From NCBI GenBank assembly GCA_012295275.1, contig CM022677.1, positions 7,688,001 to 7,752,000 on the forward strand: a stretch of DNA of 64,000 bases, given 5' to 3'. The notes below the pieces were generated by a model. That model worked only from the letters and a program-made list of their open reading frames with translations, was not told the origin of the DNA and did not search any database. Both the position numbers and the translations under genes were made by a program. This DNA comes from Chrysomallon squamiferum. Taxonomy: Eukaryota > Animalia > Mollusca. Positions 42,676 to 54,977 of this stretch are shown here, piece by piece. Within the stretch, counting starts at the first letter, position 1. Every line of letters begins with the position of its first letter.

Positions 42676-44017
42676 CCATAAAATTATACCAAAATATAGC
42701 TGCACCTGCTTTAGGTTGTATTCTTACAGCAAGATAAGGAAACACTGTTGCACCTCCTTCTACATCACTCATATAGTTTAACCACGTGGCAATTCTGTTT
42801 TCACCGGAAGAATATGCTATGTTGAAATAGTCAGTGTGAGCCGTGAACTGTCCGCCTATTCCATAGTTTGCCACCTGAAGTGGTTCTGAAGCTTTCATTG
42901 AAAGACCTGTGATTGCTTCAATTCGTTTCTGAATTCTCGCGTCTACTTCTATGAAACCTCTTCCTAGACATGTATGTTTGTTAATTCTTTTCTCAGATTT
43001 GATATTTTTTCCACAGTGATTGATTTCAGATGGTTGTAAAAGTGGCAAAGAAACTGTTTTAATGTCTTCAATTGCAGCATCACTGATAAAATCATGATAG
43101 AGAACAATTTTCGGTGAGAAATGCAGAATCTCTTCTTTAGCAGGCTTAAGAATTAGAAGCGGATTTTTGTTGTTGTAATGGTAGCGACATTTCAGACGAT
43201 GTGTCTGTCGTACTTTTATAAATTCTTTACCACGACAGAGAGCATCGAAAGTTGTTTTTTCTTTAACTATGACATTTTCTTTTATCTTTTCTGTCCTTGA
43301 ATACTTTTTCCTTCCGTTCGGAGCACGTTCTAGTTCAGGAGCTAACATTAACTGTTCATTTGTCAGATTTAAAACTTGCTCTATCTGTCCCGCTAATTCT
43401 CTACCGTGTACGTCATGAATGTTTTCTTTTCTTACTTTCTCAAGACTTGTCTCCATCCAGATATGAACATAGTTGTATTTTTTCATTTTGTAAGCAAGGC
43501 GACCTAATTGATAACAGTCTTCTGCTGATAATCTCTGTATATATCGTTCATATATAAAACCATCTGCTAATCTTGTCGCATTTAATTTGTACGTGTCTTG
43601 AAGTCGAAACACAGCTGCAGCGGCCCCTTCTAAATCTTCGTAACTTGGAAGATGTTCACGAATTTCTTGTAGTTCAGTTAATTCTGTCTGGGACGTAATA
43701 CTTTCGTGAAGAATAGACTGTACATCTCGTTCCCAATCCAAAGTGAAACGTTTAATATATAAAAATGCACCAATCGGGTTGGCTATGTAACGATTTGGGT
43801 CTTTTAGTGCGATCGAACAGTGATGTTTAATTTGATCAGAAATTGTTTTCAACTTTTCCAATTTAGTTTCTTGTTCATGAAAGTGACTGAAATTTCTTAA
43901 TGCTATTGCCAAGTCTCTTCCTGCTAGTACAGAGCTGTACAGATGTGATACGGACGTAAACAGTTCTGAATTCACAGCTGACAAAAGCAAAACTAAAATA
44001 ATGTACTGCTGATACAT
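42662..44017 (-). CDS. P4HA: Collagen prolyl 4-hydroxylase alpha subunit-like, intronless ORF (451 aa as read; C-terminus continues in another frame)
   Basis: Signal peptide MYQQYIILVLLLSAVNS followed by ELFTS. Family motifs: NPIGAFLYIKRFTLDW, LPSYEDLEGAAAAVFRLQDTYKL, LSAEDCYQLGRLAY, LCRG, LKCRY, PKIVLYHDFISD, LQVANYGIGGQFTAHTD (HxD Fe ligands), NRIATWLNYMSDVEGGATVFP, AAIFWYN. Confidence 0.93.
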   Translation of the reverse strand: MYQQYIILVLLLSAVNSELFTSVSHLYSSVLAGRDLAIALRNFSHFHEQETKLEKLKTISDQIKHHCSIALKDPNRYIANPIGAFLYIKRFTLDWERDVQSILHESITSQTELTELQEIREHLPSYEDLEGAAAAVFRLQDTYKLNATRLADGFIYERYIQRLSAEDCYQLGRLAYKMKKYNYVHIWMETSLEKVRKENIHDVHGRELAGQIEQVLNLTNEQLMLAPELERAPNGRKKYSRTEKIKENVIVKEKTTFDALCRGKEFIKVRQTHRLKCRYHYNNKNPLLILKPAKEEILHFSPKIVLYHDFISDAAIEDIKTVSLPLLQPSEINHCGKNIKSEKRINKHTCLGRGFIEVDARIQKRIEAITGLSMKASEPLQVANYGIGGQFTAHTDYFNIAYSSGENRIATWLNYMSDVEGGATVFPYLAVRIQPKAGAAIFWYNFMEWFT

Positions 44018-44724
44018 ACTTGAAGGTATCTGCTAGTGTTATGAATATCTGGTATAAAAGTAGAGTTATGATGAATATAATTCTAAATATATATCAGTTT
44101 AAAATATGCAGGTTATTAAACTGATGGGGGGGAGGGATAAAATGACACGTTTCATTATTTTATCTTTCATTTCTATTTCATTTTATTCGTTTATTTTATT
44201 TATGTTATTATATTTATTTTTCTTATTTATTGTACATTTGTTTTTATCTCCGAGTTTATGTGTTTGTGTTTTTGTGTACGTGTATGTATGTGTGTGGATG
44301 TGTGTGTGTATGAAACACTTTTTTTTTTATGTTGTTTCTGTTATCCTTTGATTATATGTAACTATCTATTTTTCTATTTGTCTGTCTGTCTTTCTAGCTA
44401 TATGATGGAAATTACATTAATAATTTGATTATGTCAGAATAAAGTAAGATACAGAGGAAAAAACACTCCTCAAGAAGAAATGAAAAATAAACAGTTTTTG
44501 GATGTGGATGAGCCTTCAGAAAGAAAGAACAGAAACAATTCAGGAAAAATCTCGATATGGTGTCTAATTAAATGTCAGTTTTAAGTGACACTAGTTATTA
44601 ATCTTGTATGCAAACTCTGAATATTAGCAGCATTAAGTAAAAAAATAGGGTACAGTAACGTGATTTTAGCAGACATTAAGTAAATAAATACTGTACAGTA
44701 ACGTCATATTAGCCATTTGTCTCA

Positions 44725-44777
<53 letters not shown>

Positions 44778-46259
44778 GTTATTGTTATTGTTGTTATTAA
44801 AGCTTAAAAAATTCGTATAAAGAATAAACATAATAAAATGCTCATAAAACTATGAAACAATAACAACAACAACAACAAATAAATATAAAAATAAAAACAG
44901 CTTGGGTAAGTAAACATTGACTGAAATAGACAATTTATACTTTATCTACCAACACAGTAAACAATTTAATAAACAAGACAGAAACTTTACAAATAAACAG
45001 TGGCAATCAAACGTAAATAAAGAGAAAAGTCCACTGAGGTGTTTACGTAACCGATTTAGAAGAGTTTTAATAAAAAGCTCAGTAACAGAGAGGGTGAGAC
45101 ATTCCACAATGAAAAAATAAATCTAGTCTGACGTTGTTAGTCTCTAGGTCAACCAGTCCCTGGCTACCTAGATACATTCCCCAGTATTAGCTCAAAAACA
45201 AAATTATAAAACAAATAACAAAAATATACAAAGCTTTTATAATATTTAAAAGATAAATCGTTTCGAGTAAAGCATCTGTTAACAAGATAGACCTTAAGTG
45301 AAAACATTTATTTTAGAAGTAAGAAAACATGTTGTAGCAACTACTCACTGTGTGTATTCATTACTGATTCACAGGAAGTTATTCGATCAACAGCTGAGCA
45401 GTATAGACGTATGTTTAAATGTCATGAAATGCTTTGTTGTAAAGCGCTGTGGTGATTTAAGTTTGTCTGTATTATTACTATTACTTTATTTGCGATGGCA
45501 CTAATACTTAAACAAGAGAACGTAATAATTTATTTAGAACCAGAGTAAAATCGAACGTTTACAGAACTATCTTCTTAAAAATGAGTCAGTTCGGACGAAA
45601 AATATCGCGAATTCTTCTTCTTTGTATTATTATTATTAGTATTATTATTAGTAGTAGTAGTAGTATTAGTGTTGTTGTTGTTGTTGTTGTATCTTTTCCT
45701 TGCTTGTATAAATAAATAAATAAAGAAATAAAGAAATAAAAAGAAATTATTAATACATTATATTATTTGCTTTCTAAGAGAGACAGAGACAGAGCCAGAG
45801 TATGAGCTGTTATAAATCTATAGAAACAAGTCAGTATTCCTGTCTCCCTCTCACTATTTTAAGTTTTGCTCGTTAACATCAGTAATTACTCTTTAAAACA
45901 AAATAACAAATATTTAACTTTTGTAAGGTGTAAATAGTCAATAGAAAATAATAAGATAAAAAATAGAAGAAAAAAGGTAGAAAAGGAAAATAAGGAAAAT
46001 AAGGTAAAAATAAACATAACAATTTAGGTATGATTAAGGTGTTTTACAACAATTTTATTTTGCTTTTATTCAGCATTTGTTGCATTTTAAATGTCTGTAT
46101 GATAATTTTTGTTTCATTATCGCAACATTAAATCAGTTTGAACACATCTGGTTGATAATTTAATGCAGCAGCATATCATTTCCTTGCCATACCGGTTTCT
46201 ATAAATTTCCATATCTATTTTCCTATTTTTTTTTTTTTCAATCTCTGAATTCATCCAGC

Positions 46260-47860
46260 ATTCTAATTGTCTTTCTGACTCTCTGTCTGTCTGTTCATCT
46301 ATTCATCTATTCTTCTCTTTCTGTAAATTTGTAAATTTGTCAACACTGTGGATCTGTTCATCAATCTCTCTGTTAAACTTACAGATATTAAAACCTTCTG
46401 TCTGCTTGTCCAGCTATCTGTCCATATAATCAATCAATCTAGCTATCTATGTGTTTGTTTCTATCCATCTCTCTTTCTCTCTTTCAATCTCTCTTTAGAC
46501 TGTTCAGTATTTGAACATATTTGTCACTCTAATCTGTGTCTCTAACTCTCTGAATCTGTTATTCTGTCCATTAACTTTCTCTCGCTGTCTGCATGTTTGT
46601 CTGCCTGTTAGTCTAACCAGTCAGCCTTATTATAACATCTACAATCCATGTAACCATGCTTTTCACTATCTATCTGTCCGCCTATCTGTCTATCTATCAA
46701 CCTGTCTCTTCATCATTCATCATCAGTTCATCTATATAGTGAATATTTCTCTATCATTTGTTTCTCTCTCTGCCTTTACCACTTCTATGTCTCTCTTCTG
46801 ATAAATGTGTCATTTCTCTGTCTCTCTACACATACCTGTATCCCAAATCACTCTCTGCCTAAATGTCAATTACCTGTCTGTCTCTCCACCTATCTCTGTC
46901 ACTTGTCCCTTTCGCTATATCTCTAATACTTGTCTATATCACTCTCTCTATTTTGTTCTCTCTCTCCACCTATATCTCTATCACTTGCCTCTGTCTCTGT
47001 CTACACCTATATCTCTATCAATTGTCTCTGTCTCTATCTACACCTATATCTCATCCCATGACTTTCTCTATCTATATCTCTTTATTTATATCTTGATTAT
47101 TTCTCTCTGTCTCTCTATCTATGTCTGTCCCATGACTCAGCCTTCCTACCTATTATCTTCTCTATCATTTGGCTCTGCTTCTCGCTATCTTTACCTCTAT
47201 CACATCTGTCCCTCTACGTTTCTATCTATCTCTCTATCTGTATCTTTATCTCGTTCTGTACCTTGATAACGTCTGTCTCTGAACCATATCTCTATCACTT
47301 CTCTCTGTCTACAGATATTGCTATTGCTTGTTTCTGATTCTCTACCAGCATGTCTAGTACTTGTACATCTCTCTACCATTATCTCTATCACTTGCCTTTC
47401 TCTCTCTATTTATCATTATCATTTGTCTCCATGTCTCAACTTATATCTCTATCAATGCCTAATCATTATCTCTATCATTTGTCTTTCTACCTATATCTCA
47501 ATGACTTGGCTCCTTCTCTTTACCTACATCACTAATACGTGTTTCTGACTCTCTATCTATATCGCATGCCTCGCTGTACCCATATCTCTGTACCCGTGTC
47601 TCTTGTCTAACTACATCTGTCTATCCCATGAATCAGACTATCAATCATTTGTTTGTCTCTACTTACATCTCTATCACTTGTCTCTGTCTCTCTATCTTTA
47701 TCTCTATCACTTGTCTCTCTACCTTTATTTCTATCATCTTTTTTCTCTCTACCTTTATCTGTCATTTTTCCGTGACTCTTTATCTATATTTCTATCATTT
47801 GTCTCCTTATCTCTACCAATAACTTATCTGTCTGTATACCTGTATCACTATCAATTCTCT
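46260..47860. repeat. Degenerate pyrimidine-rich (CTCTATCACTTGTCTCT-like) satellite / low-complexity tract
   Basis: ATCTCTATCA(C/T)TTG(T/C)CT motifs recur throughout. The overlapping S/L/Y-rich ORFs are artefacts of this repeat. Confidence 0.8.
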
Positions 47861-47863
47861 TTT

Positions 47864-48314
47864 GATATGTGTTCACAAACATAGATTAGAGTTATGTCCC
47901 TTACGTGAGATGTGCTCACAGAGCAAAGTAAAAATTACATCGATTAGAGTTATCTGCCTTCAGTGATATGTGTTCACAAACATAGGTTAGAGTTATGTCC
48001 CTTATATGAGATGTACTCACTAAGCTTTCATACACTAATTATCCGTACGGGATATATGGAACCTCCACAAACGCCGAGATTCGATCCACGATTGTGGAAA
48101 AATCACTTTTTTATATATAAAAAGATCATAAGCCGTGATGTATCACCCGGATGTGGGAGAAGTTTACTCCGCGAAGAAAAAAATATATCGATTAGAGTTA
48201 TTTCCCTTACGTGAGATGTACTCACAAACTTAGGTTAGAGTTATGTCCCTTACGTGAGATGTACTCACTAAGCTTTCATACACTAATTATCCGTACGGGA
48301 TTAATGGAACCTCT
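47864..48314. repeat. Nested tandem repeat: ~43-bp subunits within a ~125-bp duplicated block
   Basis: TTAGAGTTAT(G/T)TCCCTTA(C/T)(G/A)TGAGATGT at 47886, 47987, 48192 and 48235. Block 47941-48065 is repeated at 48189-48314. Confidence 0.85.
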
Positions 48315-48957
48315 TAAAACGCAATTCAGCAGTTACCATATATGGTCATATCACATAACCATACACTTCGTGATAATGAAATCTCCCAATAAGAAGTAGT
48401 CAGGTTAATAAATCTTGCTAGCTTTTACTCCACACTAAATACTTTGAAACATTACATAATCTAAGCTTTATAGAATAGGAACCAACGGCTATTATTTCTC
48501 TATTCTCGAAATTTCGCAACTTAAAATGTTGCCATCCTCGACAATGCAGAGAGGGGTAGGTTATAAGGATTACGATGCTGACCAGCTCGTGCCTAGATGA
48601 GCGTCTTACAGGAGCAGCATTTACATCTTGTGATGATGTGTCTCATCAGCTGTCATATTCACATCCCGCTCTGTCTCAATAAAAGGACAACAAGTAAATG
48701 ATTCTGATTATCGGGGAGATGTTTACGAGGATTTAAAGCTGGGTTACGGCCATTACGGTGGGATCTATTATCTGTGTCGTCTGTTACAGTAGATGTTACA
48801 TGTGGTGGCTCAGTAGTAACTATATCTTTTGAATCCAAGATCTGTGGACATTTTTCTGAGATGCAATAAGTTACATCTTCTGACTGAAATATTTAAACAG
48901 TATTAAAATAACAGTTTTATATTACAAACAGATTTCTTAACATGAGACATTATTATG

Positions 48958-49135
48958 CAGGACTCGAAATGGCCAGTCGCCAGGTCACGAAATGTGACCA
49001 AAGTTCCGTTTAGGGAGGTAAAAATTATTATGGTTAGTCTCCCAAAAAATATTATTTGGGTGACCTGTTTTTTTCTGTAAGTTATGACACAAGAGCCACT
49101 ATTAATATTTTTTATCGAAAATATTTATTTCACAT
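48958..49135 (+). mobile_element. hAT-like transposon end fragment (homologous to 31505-31654)
   Basis: Starts CAGGACTCGAAATGGCCAGTCGCC and shares AAAATATTATTTGGGTGACCT and AAGAGCCACTATTAATA blocks with the 31.5-kb copy. Confidence 0.5.
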
Positions 49136-49196
49136 AAAATATCTATTTATAAACGCTAATGTTATAGTGAACATTTCCAACCCGTATGTTAAAGGA

Positions 49197-49425
49197 TTAT
49201 CGGTTGGTTAACGGAACAAGTTATCACAGGAGATAACACTAAAAGAAAGTGTTTGCTATTGCTTTTCCTTTTCAACTGCACCTTTAATTGACTAAATTGA
49301 AGCCAAGCAACAAATTTAGCGAACGTTTAGAGCTTTACGTTCAAGAATTATCGGTTGGTTAACGGAACAAGTTATCATGGGAGATAACTCTATAACCTTG
49401 TATTAGCTATTGTTTTTCCTTTTCA
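49197..49425. repeat. 150-bp-period duplication with an identical 31-bp core
   Basis: ATTATCGGTTGGTTAACGGAACAAGTTATCA at ~49197 and ~49347, each followed by GGAGATAAC and later GCTATTG.TTTTCCTTTTCAA. Confidence 0.85.
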
Positions 49426-49479
49426 ATTTCGGTAGGGTTACTTACCCGGAATAAAAAATAAATAAATAAAAATAAAAAT

Positions 49480-49511
<32 letters not shown>

Positions 49512-50087
49512 TGAAAAAATACTAAAAGGAAAGACTGAACGCCTTCTTTGTACATCAGCTTGAAAGACAAGTATGGCATTTGTCTGAATTGAAAATGTCA
49601 GTAATAGATATTCTTAAGAATAAGAAAAAAGTAAGTTCTTCTGAAGTAATATTATTTATTCATGTTAGAGAATTACATTTGGTATACAGACAGATAAATT
49701 AAATTTGGAAATCAAAAAATGTTAAATGTTAAATGAAAATGTAATATATTTTACCTGGATAAACAACAGTCATTAAAATGATTTATATATATATATATTA
49801 TTTTTCTTCTAGATTAGGACAGTTATTGCAAATAATTTACAACTGTATCAGTATTATAAGAATTTAGATGTTTTTTGTTTTGCAGCAGAAAAGGATATGG
49901 CAGGTCTACAAAGCACTCCAATGAACAAAGCAGAGCAACTTGTATGGGTTTTCATTAGGGTTTTTTCTATTTAAGCAGCAGGTCATTTGTGATTTCTCCT
50001 TCATTTTTATAGAGTACGTTTGAATGTGTTTGTGTTTGTTAGGGGGGTTATGGGTGTCTGCTTATATCTTTTATTGTTTTTTTACAG

Positions 50088-50800
50088 CTCACAAACTCAC
50101 AGCTTTATTGAAGCAGTGCAGACTGAATGGCAACACCAAGAGAGAAAAGAAGAAAATTAATTCAAACACTTTTACATGTGAAGATAGAGAAAGAATAGTT
50201 CAATTTCTGCAGCATTTTCATCAAGATTATGACTACTTTTGAGTGAGTCAGTTGCAGGATTCAAAGGGAGTAATTTGAAAATACTGTCTGCATGTGAGAC
50301 TAAATCTTCACTTTGGAGGGAGAATCAACAGACTGCTATTGAACATGGTAAGAATTCATTTGAATAATGAGAAATTTTATAACAGATTAAGTGATATTTA
50401 CTGGAACCTGGTCTGAAACATTTAAAAGAGTAAAATATAATTTTAAGGATATTGTATTAATTCTTCAATTAATTGATTTTATATTGCATATGCTTTTGTT
50501 TGTTATTTTAAATTTTGTTTTCATTTTTATGTTTAAGAAAAAGTGAACCGTCTTCTTAGTTTCACTTATCAGTTTAATGTCACGACACTGATATTTAAGC
50601 CTTTTAGGACATCATTTATCCATCTGTGGGAACATATGTGTCCTTTTATTGTCCCAAAACAGATCTCTGCTGGTAGTGCTAACAGTGAGAAGATAGAGCA
50701 AACTGCCAGTCTTCCAGCAGAAGAGAAAATGAGAGTGTTTGGAGAGGAAGTTGAGCATCTACACATTGTGGAAGCAGAAAGAAAAGTTATAACACATTGG
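50088..50800 (+). mobile_element. Intron-containing DNA transposase remnant, Sola-like (tentative)
   Basis: Exon 50088-50347: HKLTALLKQCRLNG...TFTCEDRERIVQFLQHF.../GFKGSNLKILSACETKSSLWRE|gtaag. From ~50608: SFIHLWEHMCPFIV/PKTDLCW*C*Q/...EHLHIVEAERK. The F..LW...CP.I...P.TDLC..C and H..H motifs resemble Sola-type zinc-binding regions. Stops and frameshifts are present. Confidence 0.5.
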
Positions 50801-52756
50801 TAGACAAGTGTAAAATTGTAATTTCTGAAGCTGGTATAACCTGTCTTCATCAACATCTTCTGAGTTCATTTCCTGCAACAGACTTTCATTTACTGTTTTA
50901 AGTTTGAACAGAAATTTCACATTCCAAACAACCCATTCCAGCCAGAACCAGTTTAATTCCTTGTGACAAGAAAATATGGAATTTTTAAAATATGTTCTAA
51001 AGTTCAGTGTCAGCCAATCTATCAGCTGGTGAGTCATTTAATCTCTTAATTAATTTATATAATTGTTTTGTACTGCTGTATTGCTTTTTGTTTTTTTGTT
51101 CCTGTGTGTACTATTTATTTATTTATTCTTATAACCTGTGTGATTGTGTTATTTTAAGTTGTTTTTAGAAATTATTTAATCAAACATTTGTTTGTATTAA
51201 ATTTGACAAACAAGAATGAAAAGGCCTGTGTTAGGTGTTTTTCATGTGAGAGATATGTATTGTGTTAATGGAGGTTCTTTTGTTGAAACTAATTATTTTT
51301 GTGGGGCTGTGTTTACAATTTTCTTCATGTAGTTGCTGAAAGTTTGCATGTTTTGCGAGGTATCAGAACTAGCTGGAGTTTCTATGGTGATGGACTCTGC
51401 AGTAGCTGCATGCTAATGACTTGAGTTATATCACTGTGTACATTTTGTTGTGTGTCTGTCAGAGGCCACACTGTGATCTCACATCTTTCAGTTGGTAGTT
51501 GTAGCTATTGGTTTTAACTGTTGTCATGGCAGGTGTGGTCCAGTAGGTTGCTTTACCCTCCATAAACTGACATCAACAGCTTGGCTTTGTTTGTGAATGC
51601 ATCTGACTGTAAACATTTTTTTTTTAATATTGTATTTCTATACTGGTAATATATTTTGTGGTATATTTAAAAAGAAAGGGTTTTTTTGTGGGTTTTTTTT
51701 TTTTTTTTTTCCTTCCATTTGGTTTTAGGTTGTTGTTGTTACAGAGACTATTTTACTGTTTGCTGAGTCAGAGTTTCAGGATTAGTGTAATTCCCAGTAA
51801 GAAAATGTTGATCCCAATTAAATAAGTCTTTAAGAGTTTTGTGTTGATCCCGAAATAAAATTTCCTTGGGTTGTTACTTTCTGTTATGATCTCTGATGTT
51901 TTGTTATGGAGATTGTTTTTTTGCTTCTGTATTTGCATGCTGTGGTATATATATATATATATATACATTTCCCACATGTTAGGTTCACTCCCTTCATCCT
52001 CCATATCCATTTTTATTTCTTTGTAAGGATACCAAAATGTTCATATTTTCATTAATTTTCTGTTCAGGGTTTTGTCTATGTCAGTGTTTGTTGGTGATTT
52101 ATACTGGTTTTTTATTTATCACCTTTTGCTTCTGGTCAACTTTTTTTTTTTTAAATCAAATTTTGCCTTTTTAACCTGTTGACTTTTGGAAATCCTAATT
52201 TTCATTGCTGAATCATCTGAATTAGTGATTTTTATGTTTTCTATGTTGTTGCATTTTTAGAGGTTGGTTTGGTGTTATTTTTCCTGGTTCTGAATGTCTA
52301 ATGTGTATAGTTGTGTATATAACTGGATGTTAAATATTTATTCTTCTAATGTTTCTCCATTTACTTTAACACATGTGTGTGTGTGTATGTGTGTGTATTT
52401 ATGTAAGTGTCTTTGAGAGCGAGAGAGAGAGAGGAAGAGAGAAATGACAAAAATGGGTGAAAATTTCAAAAGTAAATCAGATTTTGTTTAAAAATGAAAT
52501 CTATTTTGTAATTTAGCAAGTTTAAATGATAAAATAATTTATAATAAAATAATTGCCTTTTTCTTTTCTTTTGTTTTAAGAGAAAAATAAAGTAAACAAA
52601 CTAATTATCTTACAATAAACAAATATTTAAAAACAAAAAAGGAAGGAAACAAATTAACTCGATTTTATGTTTATTTATCATGAAAAGAAAGAAATGTCTG
52701 GCGACTTTCAACTTCAAAAGCATTAATGTGAAACTAACTTACCAGACAGTTTGAAG

Positions 52757-53298
52757 TTTACTTTTTACAACAAGTAAATATTTGTAATTTTCTGGTGCAG
52801 AACTCTCCCATGAAGAATTTGTTGTCATCACAGCAGACATACAAAGGACTGGACAGTAGTCCATCCTGGTCAGTGAAGATGTCACATGTAAGGTTACCAT
52901 CTCATGACAACTGAACAATACAATTTCTATCATAATCACAAACAAATTATTTGCCTCCCTGTCACATGTAACATCTCTCAATCCTCTCAGTATGAATCAC
53001 ATGACTCCCATCTGACATCACCTGATGATGTCGCACAAAACGCTTTGTTTACATTTTCTGACAAACAACAACAACAATATGATTCAGCGAGACTGATTGG
53101 TGGAGAGGAAGTTTTGTATCTTTTTTTCAGTGATTTTCTTTCTAAACAAAAACATTTTACACAGTCATTGTTATAATCACTAACAACAATTTTCCACCAG
53201 CATGGAAACAAAAAAAGAATGATTTGTATCTCGTTGTTATCGTAAGTGTGGTTTATGTAGCCCTGCTGGCATTTGGTGCAGAACAAGAGTCTCATCTC
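52757..53298 (-). pseudogene. NHL-repeat / six-bladed beta-propeller exon remnant (TRIM-NHL-like)
   Basis: Pieces across frames: KIVVSDYNNDCVKCF; LRGLRDVTCDREANNLF/CDYDRNCIVQLS*DGNLTCDIFTDQDGLLSSPLYVCCDDNKFFMGEFCTRKLQIF. These follow the NHL blade pattern P.GV..D..GN..V.D..N..I..L..DG. Confidence 0.65.
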
Positions 53299-53699
53299 CT
53301 ACAAAAACACACAATTTGTACTGATTTTACTTGTAGAATTCTCTGGTTATTAATTATTGCTCCGTTTATAAATAAATAAAAATAAATAAATAAAATAAAG
53401 TAAAAAAGTTAGAGTAAAGTAAAAAGAATCTTAAAATCAGACTGCCATTTCATGGCAGGTGTCTTTATAACTGAACAAATAATTAGTCCTTAGTGCTTCT
53501 ATGGATTCTTTCAATAAATGAGATTGTATGTGCAGACAAAGCATCAGTATACAATAATTGCTAATCATTTTCATGATTTTACAAAAACAAATATATTACA
53601 TTTTTATATATATTGCTTAATTCAATGTAAGAAAACCATTTTGCAAAAGACTGAAGAAATATTTAAAACTGAAATAAAATGAATAATGTATTTAAATAC

Positions 53700-54548
53700 C
53701 TGGACAGCACCAAATACTTCAACTCTACTGGAGACTTGTGCTGCTGTGTGTTCCAAAATGTCAATCCCAGTTTGTATTTAGAAACAATTTCTAGAATATT
53801 TTTATCATTAACAAGCTGATTTAACTTCTGAAAATAAACAGTTTAAATCCACAGATTAGTATATTGGTTTCTTCAGTTCCTATAAATACATGATGAAAGA
53901 TCTGAATGTCATTCAGTAAATAATGACATTTCCTTGTTATTAAATGATTCAGTAAATTAAGTCTGCATGAATCAATATTATTATAGTAAACTAAAAATTG
54001 AAACATAACATTTTTTAAATCTTTTGTTTTGTATTCTAATGAGATTTAATGATGCAGTTATCAATTCAAATTATTTACTGAAAAATAATCTAAAGAGATA
54101 AAAACATGTCTAAAATAAAGATGAATTTGATTCACATAATTAAGAATTTTTCATTCAGAAACACCTTCAACAAAATTAACATAAATCTGTTTTTCTTTAT
54201 GAACTGATTTCACACATACCTCAACATCATTCCTTAAGCCATGTAGTTCTTAGTCCATGTTCTTTTCAGCAATGTCCCATGACCTTTCTTGACTCTCTTT
54301 TCTCTGCTCTTGAGTTAATTTGTCCATCTTGAAGGTCAGGAACTTAGCCTAGTTAAAATATCAAAATTAAACTGTAATATATAAATTCAATCAAACGCTA
54401 ATGTAAGAACATTCAAGTCACATTACACTGAAAATAATAAAGTATGTTAATAAAATAATAAGCAGACATTTCATTAGTTGGACATCATTTTGTAAATAGG
54501 AAACATAAATTCCCTGATAGTCTGAGCAAGAGATACATATTCTGTGTA

Positions 54549-54588
<40 letters not shown>

Positions 54589-54977
54589 TTTGATTTTTAA
54601 CATTTGTATCTCTAATATGCCTTTTTAAATAGGAAAAGTAGCTCTTTTCATAAGCTTGTTATTTCATTTTCAGACTAAAAAGAGTGAAGATTGCCTGGTA
54701 TAATAAGTTAAAGATAAATGTGTAAGAAGAAAAATTATTACTACATTTAATAAAAACTAAAAGCATACACCATCTCCAAAACAAAGAAACTACACTAACT
54801 GAATAAATAATCATTTTTCACATATGTATTGTTTATCACACTGAAAGATCTCAGTGACAAAAATTGTTTATATCATTATCTAAAATAACAAATAAATCAC
54901 ATCTTTAAGTAAAATTCTAAGTAAATGCAGAATAAAAATGTACTTACTTTGACGTCTTCATCTGATAAGTTGGTGAA
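53700..54977 (-). pseudogene. IRAG: IRAG/LRMP (Jaw1/MRVI1 family) coiled-coil exons, unprocessed pseudogene copy 1
   Basis: Phase-0 exons: 54977-54948 (FTNLSDEDVK), 54348-54220 (AKFLTFKMDKLTQEQRKESQERSWDIAEKNMD*ELHGLRNDVE), 53827-53700 (KLNQLVNDKNILEIVSK-[1-nt loss]-QTGIDILEHTAAQVSSRVEVFGAVQ). They match the recalled IRAG pattern LSLAF..D..TLE.R....ER.R...EEN..KEL...ARVASRAEMLGAI.Q. Confidence 0.8.

Noticed and set aside
42660-42695. Programmed ribosomal frameshift in P4HA
   Set aside because: The required shift is +1/-2, and T_AAT_TTT is not a canonical X_XXY_YYZ slippery site. A mutation or sequencing error is simpler.
46348-47884. Cluster of overlapping S/L/Y-rich ORFs
   Set aside because: The pyrimidine-rich satellite lacks stop codons by composition.
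31505-49135. One giant hAT element enclosing MCC and P4HA
   Set aside because: The two ends face away from the enclosed region (a right end at 31654, a left end at 48958), so they do not bracket it.
47864-49425. Repeat-spacer arrays at 47.9-48.3 kb and 49.2-49.4 kb
   Set aside because: Few copies, irregular spacing and homologous inter-repeat sequence. These are simple duplications.
51200-52320. Possible LINE remnant on the minus strand
   Set aside because: The A-rich strand bias is suggestive, but no convincing endonuclease or RT motif could be read.
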